The notes: a model not told the origin generated them from the sequence alone. Numbered from the stretch's first letter, positions 39,787 to 49,978 are shown. The stretch is DNA of 64,000 bases from Acidobacteriota bacterium (GCA_963666055.2 CAXWPH010000009.1:1-64000), one strand, 5' to 3'. Numbers and translations are program-made.

Positions 39787-41529
39787 TCACTGGCCGTAAC
39801 GCGCACCCGCGGCTGAGCGACGGCGCATCTCGAGGCGCTGTAGCTGGTCGCGCATGATCTCGCGTATGCGGTCGCCGTTGAGTATCGTCGGGGTGATCAT
39901 CACGATGAGGTCTGACTTGCGGGTGCTGCGATCCTGGCGCCTGAACAACGCGCCCAGGATCGGGATGTCCCCGAGTATCGGGGTCTTGGACACGGTCTCG
40001 CGCGTGACGTCCTCGAGGAGACCGCCGATAAAGATGGTCTCGCCCTCCCGAACACGGATGACGTTGTCGGTCACACGTACGTCCATGATCGGGAAGCGAT
40101 CGCCGTTGGGCGAAATCGCCTCGCCGGCGAGGCCGGTAATCGCCGGCTGGATGCTCATCGTGATCCAACCATCGGCCGATATCTGCGGCGTAACCGAAAG
40201 GATGACGCCGTTGGTGACGGTGCCGGGGTTGGTCACCGTCTGAGCCAGTCCCCCATGTTCGTTGAACACGATCTGCGTGGTAAAGAACACCTCCTGCGTA
40301 CCGACGGTCAGCAGCGCAACCTGGTTGTTCATGGTCACAACGGACGGCGACGACAGCACGTCGACATCGCCCTGATTCGACATCGCGCCGAGGATGGCGT
40401 TGAAGTTCTGGCGCTGGATACCGGCCTGGAAGATGTTCAGGCCGCTGGCGCCAACCGTTTGGGCAGCGGTCAGACCGAGATCGGTGAACACGGCGCTCCA
40501 ATCGACGCCGGCGGCAAATTCCTGGTGCATCAGCACCTCGACGATCTTCGCCTCGATCAACACCTGCCGTTGAGCGATTTCCTCGACCGACGCCAGGTAC
40601 TCACCGATCTCATCGAGCACGTCCGGATAATGACGCACCATGACGCTGCCGGCGCTGCGATTGACGTGCAACGCGGGGCCATCGCCGCCGCCGAAGCCGC
40701 CGCCGCTGCCGAAGCCACCGAGCCCGCCGCGCAGCCGCTGGCGGTTGGGATCAAGCGGATCGAACCCGCCGCCGGCGAAACCGCCGCCGTATCCGGAGCC
40801 CATGAGAAAAAGAGTTCCCTCAGTGATGTCGTCCCAGATGAAGCTCGGATCGCTCGACTGCACGGAGGCGGAGCCGCCGCCGCTGCCAGCGCGTCCACCA
40901 CCGCCAATACCACCGCCAATACCACCGGCGCCCCCGTTGAAGCCACCATTGTTACCCTGGACACCGGTGCTTACGCCGATCGTACGCGAGCCGTTCCGGT
41001 CGGTCTGCACGATGTCGAGAAAGAAGAAGCGCGTCTCCATCTGCCGAAGCCCGATCTTCAGCACCCGGTTCTCGACTCGGTATTGGAGCCCGAGCGGGGT
41101 CAGCAAGCTGTCCAGCAGAACCGGCAGCGTCACGCCGACGATGTCCTGTGTCACTACGCCGGACACATCCGGCTCGATGACTATCGACAGATCAGACTCG
41201 CGCGCCACCGCCAGCAGGACGGCGCGGACGTCAGTCTCGCGCACCCTGAGGCTGTACGAGCGGCCGGGATCGTAGCCGGTGTCGTCGAGCGACTCCTCGA
41301 TCGACGTGGCCGGTGCTTCGGCGATGCGGGCCTGCGGACCGAAGTCATCGATCGACGGGCGCCCGGGCTCGTCCCAACTGGGCAGCGAGGGCGCTGCGGC
41401 TGTCGATGTGGTCGGCGCTGCCTGGGCGTTGTTGTACCCACGCGACACGCAACCCGGAATCACGGCAACGGCAAGTAGCAGTGCCGCGGCCGTCTTCCAA
41501 CGGGACGTTCGTACGCTTCGGTTTGTCAT
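39787..41529 (-). CDS. secretin lipoprotein (MshL/GspD/PilQ family)
   Basis: Lipobox IPGC, QVLIEAKIVEV, LSVTPQI, PILGDIPILGALF. Confidence 0.93.
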   Translation of the reverse strand: MTNRSVRTSRWKTAAALLLAVAVIPGCVSRGYNNAQAAPTTSTAAAPSLPSWDEPGRPSIDDFGPQARIAEAPATSIEESLDDTGYDPGRSYSLRVRETDVRAVLLAVARESDLSIVIEPDVSGVVTQDIVGVTLPVLLDSLLTPLGLQYRVENRVLKIGLRQMETRFFFLDIVQTDRNGSRTIGVSTGVQGNNGGFNGGAGGIGGGIGGGGRAGSGGGSASVQSSDPSFIWDDITEGTLFLMGSGYGGGFAGGGFDPLDPNRQRLRGGLGGFGSGGGFGGGDGPALHVNRSAGSVMVRHYPDVLDEIGEYLASVEEIAQRQVLIEAKIVEVLMHQEFAAGVDWSAVFTDLGLTAAQTVGASGLNIFQAGIQRQNFNAILGAMSNQGDVDVLSSPSVVTMNNQVALLTVGTQEVFFTTQIVFNEHGGLAQTVTNPGTVTNGVILSVTPQISADGWITMSIQPAITGLAGEAISPNGDRFPIMDVRVTDNVIRVREGETIFIGGLLEDVTRETVSKTPILGDIPILGALFRRQDRSTRKSDLIVMITPTILNGDRIREIMRDQLQRLEMRRRSAAGARYGQ

Positions 41530-41564
41530 CCCAGATCTCCTCAATCCAGCTCTCAGCGGGCTCA

Positions 41565-42152
41565 TCAGTACCTCCCGACGGTGCCGCTGCGCGAGCTCAG
41601 ACCGATCGCGGCGTCAGCCATTCTCAAGACATGCCGTTGTCCTCCAGAGGCGAAGACCACGGTCTCATCGGTTACATCGACTACCTGCATGCCGGCGACG
41701 TTGTCGCCGACGGTCACGACTTCGTTGTTGATCACCGCTACGCGGCGCCCAGTGCTATCGGTCACGATCGCTGACAAGTACAGGTCCTCATCCATCGTGA
41801 CGCCAGCATCGACATAGACCGGGGCAAAGTTGTCGAGCGCCCAGATCTCGCGCGGTGTGAAAAATGGATTGCGACCCCAGTTCGAGTCGATCGTCAGATC
41901 GGCGGCGGTCAGCTCGCCGCGGCGCTGCGTCGCTTGGGTCGGCGTTCGCGGTGAGCTCGGCACCGGCCGTTGACCGGGCGTAGCCCCCGGCTGCTCAAAG
42001 CCCGGTGGGCTCAGGTTGGGATCCTGGGGCAGGGGTCCGGTCTGCGTGTCGCCGCCGAAACTTCCCCCCACGCCGGTGAAGTAGAGCGCGTTGTACAGCA
42101 GCACGGCCACAAAGACGATGATCAGCACGGTCAGGACGTTTCGGCTACCCAT
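41565..42152 (-). CDS. PilP/MshK-like assembly protein
   Basis: TM anchor, GRNPF, LSAIV...AVINNEVVTVGD; position before the secretin. Confidence 0.7.
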   Translation of the reverse strand: MGSRNVLTVLIIVFVAVLLYNALYFTGVGGSFGGDTQTGPLPQDPNLSPPGFEQPGATPGQRPVPSSPRTPTQATQRRGELTAADLTIDSNWGRNPFFTPREIWALDNFAPVYVDAGVTMDEDLYLSAIVTDSTGRRVAVINNEVVTVGDNVAGMQVVDVTDETVVFASGGQRHVLRMADAAIGLSSRSGTVGRY

Positions 42153-42810
42153 TGCCGCCTCCCTGAGCTCCGACGGGTCCGCGAGAGCGACTTGGATTCG
42201 CGTCGCCAGACGACGTATCCGAGGCGCTGGGACGGAAGTAGACGAGCAAACGTAGATCGGTAACTACTTCAGGGAAGGCGCGCTGGATCTCCAGACCCGC
42301 CACCTCGGCAACCCAACCCAAACGTCCGACCTGAGCAATGAAGCGGCTCGTGGCGACGAAATCTCCGAACACACGGCAGTTGAGTGGCACGTAGCTGGCA
42401 CCCGGCACGGCACCGATCACGCGGACAGACTCCGGCGGTGCACCACCGGTCCCAGCCACCGGCGCGGCGCTCTCACTGGTGATGAACAGCTCTATCCCCT
42501 CGGCCTCCCCCATCCGTACGAGCGACTCGATCAGCAGGGTGAGCTCCGACTCCGGGCTGAGGCGGCTCATCAACTCGTCGTTAGAGCTCTGCCAGGCGGC
42601 GCTCTCGGCCGGTGAAGTGGGCGGAATGCTCTCGATCTGGCGCTCTATCTGGTCGAGCTGTGATTCGGCAGCCTCGATGTTGCTGGTGGCGGCTGCCTCG
42701 CGCGCTCGCATCGGCTGTACGAACCACAGCCAAAGCAAGAGCGCCACGAACAGCACCGCCATGCCGAGAATGGCAGCGCGAACCTGGGGTTGCAGATCCG
42801 ACCAACTCAT
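42145..42810 (-). CDS. PilO/GspM/MshJ-like protein
   Basis: TM helix, coiled coil, GDFVATSRFI ferredoxin-like motif; operon position. Confidence 0.7.
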   Translation of the reverse strand: MSWSDLQPQVRAAILGMAVLFVALLLWLWFVQPMRAREAAATSNIEAAESQLDQIERQIESIPPTSPAESAAWQSSNDELMSRLSPESELTLLIESLVRMGEAEGIELFITSESAAPVAGTGGAPPESVRVIGAVPGASYVPLNCRVFGDFVATSRFIAQVGRLGWVAEVAGLEIQRAFPEVVTDLRLLVYFRPSASDTSSGDANPSRSRGPVGAQGGGNG

Positions 42811-44642
42811 TGTCCGCCTCCGGCGATCGACCTGAGCTGAAGGGCGACCTTGAACCCGACCGACGTCGCCGTCGGTCCGAAGGCCGGCAGTTCATCCAGC
42901 GTGGTACGTAAAGGTTGCTGATCTCGGGGACCGCTCGTTACCGCGCCACGGCCGACCCACATCGGATCAAACAGCCACAGGCTGCTAGTGCGATCGTCGC
43001 GCGTCACCGCGGGTCGCCCGTTGCTGAACGATCTGTTGTTGAACGACCGGGGCCGCGATTCAGCGAAGGCGCCGCGTTGGAGGCTTCTATCACGGTCATT
43101 GCGCGTCACCGCTGATCGCCTGCCCTTGAACGAGGTTCCCCCTGGAGCGAAGCGGCCGCGCTGAGCGCCCAACTGTCGGGCCTGCTGCAACACCGCCGGG
43201 CCGCTGCGGGCGCCCTCCCACCCGATCACCAACGGTTCGATCAGATGCACGTCGTGGACGATCGGATCGCTCACCATAGTGCTGTAGAAGCGGTTGAAGA
43301 TAGCCTGCGAGCCTGAGCGCGAGTCGCCCAGCACCAGGCCCTGGACGACGGCATCCCAGTACCGCTGACCGCGTGGGCCGGCGACCGGTTGCCAGGTGAC
43401 GTTCTCGATGACGAGCTCTTCCGGGGCCCGCTGGCTGAGACGTTGCAGAACTGCGCCCATCAGCGTTGTCTCGAGCGAGCGCTGCTCCAGCAGGGCTCGC
43501 CGTGCGGCGTGATTCGAACGCTCCTGCGCTGTGGCGCGAACCTCCCATAGCTCCAGCTGCCGCTGCGAGATCTGCTCCTGCACCTGCGCCATGCGATTGT
43601 TCTTGACTGCGGAGTTCAGCAGAGCCAGCACCCCCCAGCCCACCAGGAATAGCAACAAGGCCGCGGCGGCCACACGGCCGATCGACATCGCCTGACGGGT
43701 GCGGTCCTCGTTGACCTGCTCGGGAGACACCAGGTTGCCGCTGTCTTTCCGGGCCATCGACGCCGCCCCGAAAGCCACCGCAAGCGCCGGCTGCTCGATC
43801 GGGTCAATGGCGTCGTTCAGGTCGACGTGGTCGCTGACATCGAACAGCTCGACGTTTACGCCAAGGGACTCGCGCAGATGGGACGCCAGATCGGTGAGAT
43901 CCTCCATGGGCCCAGCGAGCACCAGCCGCTGCACCGTAGCGCCTTGGGCACGCTGCCCGAAGTAAAGAAACGAGCGACGCAGCTCGGTGGCTACCAGATC
44001 GGCCATCGAGTCGGAGTCGCCGCGGAGGACGAAATCGTGCACCAGCTCGAGGTTCCCGTCCTGGAACACCAACAGGTAGGAGCGGCTGCCCGACAGGTAG
44101 GCAATCGCGGTACCGCCAGCGATCGGCGGCAACAGCTCCATCGCCTGCGCCAGCGCTGCAGGAACCGTGGTCACCGCATCGGCGCTGAGGCCGGCAGCCT
44201 CGACAGCGTCGATGGCATTGCGCATCGTCGATTTGTCGATCGCCGAGATCAGCACTTTCTGCTTGGCGACCCCGCCCTCGTGCACATAGCCAACTGCCAT
44301 GTGTGAGTACACGAGCTGGCTCTCCGGAACTGGCGCCAGCTTGCGCACCTCGGCACCGGCGGCCAAATGGCGCTCGCTATCCGACATCTCGGGCATGTTG
44401 ACCAGGTAGTGGTAGATATCACCGTCGATCACCACGGCGCGCGCCGATCGGCCGCCAATGCCCACGGTCTCGAACCAACGGCGAATCCACTGGCCCAGCT
44501 CGCGACCGCTAAAGCCGGCGTGGGCGGCATGGCCGGCACCGACCACACGCGGTGGGTCGCCGCGCAGCTCAGCGGCAGCCACGCTGCGCCCGAGCTCGAT
44601 ACCGACGCGACCGCCGCCGCGCAACTTATCCATGAAACCCAT
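42807..44642 (-). CDS. PilM-PilN fusion (GspL/MshI-like)
   Basis: VGIELG start, ELRRSFLYF, LVLAG, AVAFGAA, then NLV motif, TM and coiled coil. Confidence 0.8.
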   Translation of the reverse strand: MGFMDKLRGGGRVGIELGRSVAAAELRGDPPRVVGAGHAAHAGFSGRELGQWIRRWFETVGIGGRSARAVVIDGDIYHYLVNMPEMSDSERHLAAGAEVRKLAPVPESQLVYSHMAVGYVHEGGVAKQKVLISAIDKSTMRNAIDAVEAAGLSADAVTTVPAALAQAMELLPPIAGGTAIAYLSGSRSYLLVFQDGNLELVHDFVLRGDSDSMADLVATELRRSFLYFGQRAQGATVQRLVLAGPMEDLTDLASHLRESLGVNVELFDVSDHVDLNDAIDPIEQPALAVAFGAASMARKDSGNLVSPEQVNEDRTRQAMSIGRVAAAALLLFLVGWGVLALLNSAVKNNRMAQVQEQISQRQLELWEVRATAQERSNHAARRALLEQRSLETTLMGAVLQRLSQRAPEELVIENVTWQPVAGPRGQRYWDAVVQGLVLGDSRSGSQAIFNRFYSTMVSDPIVHDVHLIEPLVIGWEGARSGPAVLQQARQLGAQRGRFAPGGTSFKGRRSAVTRNDRDRSLQRGAFAESRPRSFNNRSFSNGRPAVTRDDRTSSLWLFDPMWVGRGAVTSGPRDQQPLRTTLDELPAFGPTATSVGFKVALQLRSIAGGGQ

Positions 44643-44644
44643 GA

Positions 44645-44776
44645 TCACCTCTGGCCGTTGACCGGCCGCTGTCGGTTGAGTTCAGCGTTGAGTTCAGACG
44701 CGTCGTCCGCAGGTTCGGCGTCGTCGATGATCGTGGCGCCGGCCTCGTTCTTGGCGACGTAGTTGAACCTCGGCAT
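44645..44776 (-). pseudogene. N-terminal stub of PilC/GspF platform protein
   Basis: MPRFNYVAKNEAGATIIDDAEPADDASELNAELNRQ resembles PilC N-termini (MPxFxYxAxxxxG); starts 5 nt after the pilB stop; only 43 codons. Confidence 0.7.
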
Positions 44777-44780
44777 GTGC

Positions 44781-46535
44781 TTACTCGCGCCCGACGCGCC
44801 CGAGCTCCTCCAAAGTAGTCTGGCCACGCCGCACGACCTCGAGGCCGTGCTGCATGAGCGTGCGCATTCCTTCCCGCATCGCGACCTCGCGAATCGCCCG
44901 CGTATCTGCCTGGTGCTTGATCGTTTCGCGAATCGCGTCGCTGACCATCAGGATCTCGAAGATGCCGGTGCGACCGACGTAGCCACTATCTCCGCAGAGG
45001 TGGCAGCCGGCGCCGCGCAACCATTCGCCATCCAGTGGCTCACCCTCGAGGCCAAGCCGCACGAGCATCCCCATGTCGGGCTGTACAACCTCGGCGCAGT
45101 GCTTGCACACCTTGCGTACCAGCCGCTCGGCAACGGTGGAAATCATCGTGGAGCCGATCAGATAGGGCTCGAGCCCCATGTCGATGAGGCGCGGGAACGT
45201 GCCCGCCGCCTCGTTGGTGTGCAGCGTCGAGAGCACCAGGATGCCGGTCAACGCGGCTCGCATGGCCAGCCCTGCGGTCTCCGGATCGCGAATCTCACCG
45301 AGCAGAATGACGTCGGGATCCTGCCGCAGCACCGAACGCATACCGGTCGCAAAAGTGAAGCCGGCACGGTTGTTGATCTGGCTCTGGCGGATCTCCGGAA
45401 TGCGATACTCGACCGGATCCTCGAGCGTCACGATGTTGTTAGCGAGCATGTCGAGGTGCGACAGCATCGTGTAGAGGGTCGTCGTCTTACCCGAGCCAGT
45501 CGGCCCGGTGAGCAGCACGATTCCCTTGGTTCGCTTCACGGAGTCCTCGAGCATCTCCAGCGTGGAGCCCTCGAGGCCGAGCTCGCCCAGCCCGCGGAAC
45601 AGCATCTGCCGCTCGAGCAGACGCAGGGCAACCTTCTCGCCGAACACCGTCGGGAAGCAGGAGACACGAAGATCGACCTCTTTGGAGGCAACGTGGTAGG
45701 TAAGATGGCCTTCCTGCGGCAGTCGCTGCTCGGCGATATCGAGGCCGGCGATGATCTTGATGCGCGACATCAGCGAGTGCTGGATCTGCTTCGGAAGCAA
45801 CGGTCCTTGCTGCAGGAGCCCATCAACGCGATAGCGCACCCGTACGATCTCTTCCTCAGGGTCGATGTGAACATCGGTGGCGCGCAGGCGTAGCCCCTGG
45901 TTGAGGATCTCGTCGACCAGGCGCACCATCGGCTCATCGGCGGAGGCGCCGGGGTCGGAAACGAAGATGCCGCCGCGCGCCACGTTCTGGCGCTCGGCGT
46001 CCTGTCGCTGCACCGTCTCGCTGACCGGGCCCTCCAGCACGCCGGCACCGCCGTAATACCGGTCGATGGCGCGGCGAACGTCGCCCTCGGTGGCGCAGAA
46101 CTGCTTCACCTGGAAGTTTGTACGACGCTCGATCTCGTCAATGGCGAGGATGTCGAACGGATCCGTACAGGCGACCAGCAGGCTACTGCCGGAAACGGCC
46201 ACGGGCATGACCTGAAAGCGTGGTGGTACGTCGCGCGGTACCGCCTGCACGGCGGCGTTCTCGACCTCATCCGGCCGGAACTCGCGGAAAGCAACGCCGG
46301 CCATGTCAGCGAGGGCACGCGCCAGCGTCTCCTCGGTGAGCAGGCCCTGATTGACCAGTACCTGTCCGAGATGCGCACCATCGCCGGCATTCTGCCGCGC
46401 CAGCACATCATCGAGCTGCTGGCGCGTCAGCTGGCGGCGATCGACAAGATAGTCGCCAAGACGCACCGACACAGGGCCACTGGGCGAATGCCCATTGGAG
46501 CCACCGTAGGCGTTCTGGTTGTCTCCGTGCTGCAT
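44781..46535 (-). CDS. pilB: PilB/GspE/MshE extension ATPase
   Basis: RLGDYLV (MshEN-like), TDVHIDP, GPTGSGKTTTLY, TLEDPVEY, LRQDPDVILLGEIRD, two CxxC. Confidence 0.93.
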   Translation of the reverse strand: MQHGDNQNAYGGSNGHSPSGPVSVRLGDYLVDRRQLTRQQLDDVLARQNAGDGAHLGQVLVNQGLLTEETLARALADMAGVAFREFRPDEVENAAVQAVPRDVPPRFQVMPVAVSGSSLLVACTDPFDILAIDEIERRTNFQVKQFCATEGDVRRAIDRYYGGAGVLEGPVSETVQRQDAERQNVARGGIFVSDPGASADEPMVRLVDEILNQGLRLRATDVHIDPEEEIVRVRYRVDGLLQQGPLLPKQIQHSLMSRIKIIAGLDIAEQRLPQEGHLTYHVASKEVDLRVSCFPTVFGEKVALRLLERQMLFRGLGELGLEGSTLEMLEDSVKRTKGIVLLTGPTGSGKTTTLYTMLSHLDMLANNIVTLEDPVEYRIPEIRQSQINNRAGFTFATGMRSVLRQDPDVILLGEIRDPETAGLAMRAALTGILVLSTLHTNEAAGTFPRLIDMGLEPYLIGSTMISTVAERLVRKVCKHCAEVVQPDMGMLVRLGLEGEPLDGEWLRGAGCHLCGDSGYVGRTGIFEILMVSDAIRETIKHQADTRAIREVAMREGMRTLMQHGLEVVRRGQTTLEELGRVGRE

Positions 46536-46625
46536 GTTCGGACCTCTGAGAGGCTATTTTGGCCTCTAATGATCTGGATTAGTTAATATTTCATAGAATA
46601 CCATCTCAAAACATTCTAAAAAGCC

Positions 46626-48065
46626 TTATTTAACCCTTTTGACCATCATGACGACGCCGGCAACGGCAGGCACGGCGGGGAGCAGGATCACCAGCAGTGC
46701 GAAGGTGACCGCCTTTTGCCCTTCGGTCAGCAGGACGCGCTTGTTTGATACCTCCTTCGGAAGGATCGAGATGAGCTCCTGCTGCCCGGCCAACCAGCTC
46801 ACCGAGTTCACGAACAGGTCGCCGTTGCCCTGCCAATTGAAGAAGGCGTTGGTGGCGAACTCGACGTCGCCGATGGCGACCAGGATCGGCTCACCCACCG
46901 GTACCGGCTCACCGGTACGCTGACGCTCACGGAACGCTCGGGGCGTCTCGTCGAGCAACTCCGACACCGCCACGACGAGCGGCAGCGGACCCTGACGATC
47001 AACTCCCTCGTCCCAGCGCGCCATCAACGCGCGCTCGAAATCGGTCTCGCCCCACGACGACGGGGTGCTGCTGGCCAGGGCGCGGGCGTCGATGCCTTCG
47101 GGCAATGTGTCGATGGTGATCGATCGCGGCATGCTGAACAGCGTCATGGCGCCGAAGCCGTCGGTAATCGGGTGGGGCTCGTACCGATCGACCATCGGCA
47201 CCTGTACGCCGAGGCCGAAGGCCTGCCCGTTGCGCCCGGTATCGATGATGAAATCGGCGTTGACCTGAAGGCCATAGCCGGCAACCAAGGCCTCGATCTC
47301 GGGCAGGTCGGTGTTGCTCTCGAGCATCGCCATCAGCCGGCCGCCGTTCTGTAGATAGGATTCCAGGGCGGCGCGCTCCTCCGACAGCAGGTCGGTGCTC
47401 GGCCCGGCGATGAGGATGACGCGGCAGTCGTCGGCCGCCTGACCCGCGGCCAGGTTGAGCTGCAGTGGCTCGTAGTTGACCTGCCTCAACGCGGTGACGG
47501 CGGCCGAGAAGCCACCGCGACCCTTGTCCACAGGTAGCCGCTCGCCGTGCCCTGACAGGAAGCAGACCGGCACCGCATCGCCCCGCGTCGCCGCCAGGAT
47601 GGCGTTGGTGATCGCCGGCTCACTCGGACCGTCGGCGCGGCGAACGGAGTCGCCGGCCTCGATGATCAATGTCCCATACGTGCGTACCTGGTGCGCCTGG
47701 GCAAGCGCCGGCTCAGCCTCAGGGTCGACCAGCCGATACTCGATGAACGAAGAACCGTCGGCGTAGCCTTTCAACAGACGCTCGACACTCGGATCCTTGG
47801 CGCCCTGGACAAACGCCGTCAGGGTCACCGGCTGATCGAGCGTGTTCAGCGCCGCTCGGCTGGAAGCCGACAGACTGAACAGCTGTGCTTCGGTGAAGTC
47901 CCAGGTCAGCGGGTTGTAGGTGACCACCCAGCTCACTAGGAACGCACAGGCCAGAAACAGCACAAGGCGCAGGCCAGCGAACGTCCACTCGGTCACTCGC
48001 AGGCTGGTAGCGAACAGCTGCCGAAGCCGTTGCAGGCGCGGCTCGGGGTTGACGGCGGCGCTCAT
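46626..48065 (-). CDS. GldG-like ABC transporter auxiliary protein
   Basis: Motifs WDFTEAQLFSLS, FLSGHGE, GGRLMAM, NGDLFVNSVSWL; C-terminal TM. Confidence 0.85.
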   Translation of the reverse strand: MSAAVNPEPRLQRLRQLFATSLRVTEWTFAGLRLVLFLACAFLVSWVVTYNPLTWDFTEAQLFSLSASSRAALNTLDQPVTLTAFVQGAKDPSVERLLKGYADGSSFIEYRLVDPEAEPALAQAHQVRTYGTLIIEAGDSVRRADGPSEPAITNAILAATRGDAVPVCFLSGHGERLPVDKGRGGFSAAVTALRQVNYEPLQLNLAAGQAADDCRVILIAGPSTDLLSEERAALESYLQNGGRLMAMLESNTDLPEIEALVAGYGLQVNADFIIDTGRNGQAFGLGVQVPMVDRYEPHPITDGFGAMTLFSMPRSITIDTLPEGIDARALASSTPSSWGETDFERALMARWDEGVDRQGPLPLVVAVSELLDETPRAFRERQRTGEPVPVGEPILVAIGDVEFATNAFFNWQGNGDLFVNSVSWLAGQQELISILPKEVSNKRVLLTEGQKAVTFALLVILLPAVPAVAGVVMMVKRVK

Positions 48066-48856
48066 GAGCTGCGCACTCCTCGCCACCGCAAGCTCTCGAG
48101 AGCCAGGTGGGTCATGAACAAGAAGAAGGCGGTGAACCAGAGCAAGTAGTTGGCGTCGGGCAGGCTGATCACACCGACGCGGAAGTCGCCGAAGTGGTGA
48201 TGCAATGACAGCCAGCGAACACCGTCCTGCCAGATGCTGGGCAGCAGGTTCGCGGGCGCGTCGACGAACCAGAAGATCAGCAGCAGGCCATAGCCGCCGA
48301 ACGCCGCCACAACCTGGCTCTCGGTTAGCGCCGATACCCACAGCGTCGCGGCCAGCATGGCCGCGGACAGCAGCAGCAGCCCGAGGTAACCGGTAATCCA
48401 GACCGCCGGCTCGTTGGCGCCGAAGTACGCGAGCACGTATTGGAAACAGAAGGTCGGTGCCAGCAACACCACCAAGAACAGAAAGGCGCCGGAGAACTTG
48501 CCCCACATGATGCCGGCATTGGTGACCGGTGAGGTGAGCAGTAGCTCCATGGTGCGGCGTCGCTTCTCTTCCGCCAGCAGCGCCATCGCCACGATCGGCA
48601 GTATGAACACCAGCAGCCACGCCGTGATATCGAGGAAGCTGGTGCCGATCATTGCCGGTACGTTGAGCAAGTTGCCTTGCGGCCCGAGCTGCTCGGCCCG
48701 AACGTCGGCGCTGCGTCCTTGCACCACCCAATAGTTCAGAATGGAAATGAAGAACACTGACTCGGCGAGCCAGAAGACCGCCATGAGCGCGTACGCTACC
48801 GGCGACACGAAATAGCTGTGTAGCTCACGCTTGCAGATTGCCCAGGCTCCGCGCAT
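48062..48856 (-). CDS. GldF-like ABC-2 permease
   Basis: Motifs KRELHSYFVSPVAY, AEEKRRRTMELLLTSPV, GKF. Confidence 0.88.
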   Translation of the reverse strand: MRGAWAICKRELHSYFVSPVAYALMAVFWLAESVFFISILNYWVVQGRSADVRAEQLGPQGNLLNVPAMIGTSFLDITAWLLVFILPIVAMALLAEEKRRRTMELLLTSPVTNAGIMWGKFSGAFLFLVVLLAPTFCFQYVLAYFGANEPAVWITGYLGLLLLSAAMLAATLWVSALTESQVVAAFGGYGLLLIFWFVDAPANLLPSIWQDGVRWLSLHHHFGDFRVGVISLPDANYLLWFTAFFLFMTHLALESLRWRGVRSS

Positions 48857-48874
48857 CAACCCTCTCCTTTTCCG

Positions 48875-49846
48875 TCAGGCCACACGCGGCTGTTGGTCGA
48901 CGTCATCAGAATCCGGCTCCTCTGTAAGTCGTAGGAAGATTTGCTCGAGGCTGAGCTCGATACGGCTTATGCCGACAAGCTCCCAGCCACCGTTAACAAT
49001 CGCCGCAGCAAGTTGCGGGCGGAGGTCTCTGTCGGCCGACGTCGCAACCTCGCAGCGCCAACAACCTGGCTCGGTGTCGTCGACCAGGGCGACGTTGTCG
49101 GCGCCGGCGACAGCCTGAAGCGCGCGACGCATCGCGTCGACGTCGCCGCGAGCCTGTAACACGATCTTATGGCCACCGCTGAATCGCTTGGTCAGCGCCG
49201 CCACCGTATCGGTGGCAACGACTGCTCCCCGGTGCAGCACGACGAGCCGCTCGCAGGACGCGGCGATCTCGTTGAGGATGTGGCTCGACAGAATCACCGT
49301 GTGCTCGCCAGCGAGCTCACGAATGAGCTGGCGTACCTCGATGATCTGACGTGGGTCGAGCCCAGAGGTCAGCTCGTCGAGAACCAGCAGGTCAGGCGAG
49401 TGCAGGATCGCCTGCGCCAGCCCGACGCGTTGCCTGTAGCCTTTGGAAAGCTGCTCGATTGGCTGCCCGGCTCGATCCTCGAGCCAGCACAGGGTGAGGG
49501 CGCGCTCGACAGCGGCGGCGCGCTCCGACCTGCGCATACCCTTGAGCTCGGCCACGAACATCAGGTACGCGCGGACGCGCATCTCCGGATAGAGCGGCGG
49601 AACCTCGGGCAGATAGCCGACGTGCCGCTTCACCGCCAGAGGCTGGCGCGCGACGTCGTGCCCGGCAACCTGGACTACGCCCGAGGTGGGGGGCATCGCA
49701 CCCGTCAGGATACGCATGGTTGTGGTCTTGCCAGCGCCGTTCGGACCTAGCAGCCCAACAACCTCGCCGGCGGCGACGTCGAACGAGATGCCGTCCAGGG
49801 CGGCGACCGAACCGAAGCACTTGGTCAGATTCTCGATGTGGATCAT
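48875..49846 (-). CDS. GldA-like ABC transporter ATP-binding protein
   Basis: Motifs GPNGAGKTT, LSKGYRQRVGLAQA, LDE, SSHIL. Confidence 0.92.
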   Translation of the reverse strand: MIHIENLTKCFGSVAALDGISFDVAAGEVVGLLGPNGAGKTTTMRILTGAMPPTSGVVQVAGHDVARQPLAVKRHVGYLPEVPPLYPEMRVRAYLMFVAELKGMRRSERAAAVERALTLCWLEDRAGQPIEQLSKGYRQRVGLAQAILHSPDLLVLDELTSGLDPRQIIEVRQLIRELAGEHTVILSSHILNEIAASCERLVVLHRGAVVATDTVAALTKRFSGGHKIVLQARGDVDAMRRALQAVAGADNVALVDDTEPGCWRCEVATSADRDLRPQLAAAIVNGGWELVGISRIELSLEQIFLRLTEEPDSDDVDQQPRVA

Positions 49847-49978
49847 CGAACGTCCGGCGTGGAAGGCAGACAAGAAAAGCCGCCGGGAGGTTATTCGCAG
49901 CCTCCCGACGGCCAAATCTTCGCTAATCCGGACAGATCGATGCTAGCTCATAATGACATAAGAAATTTTTTCATTCCC

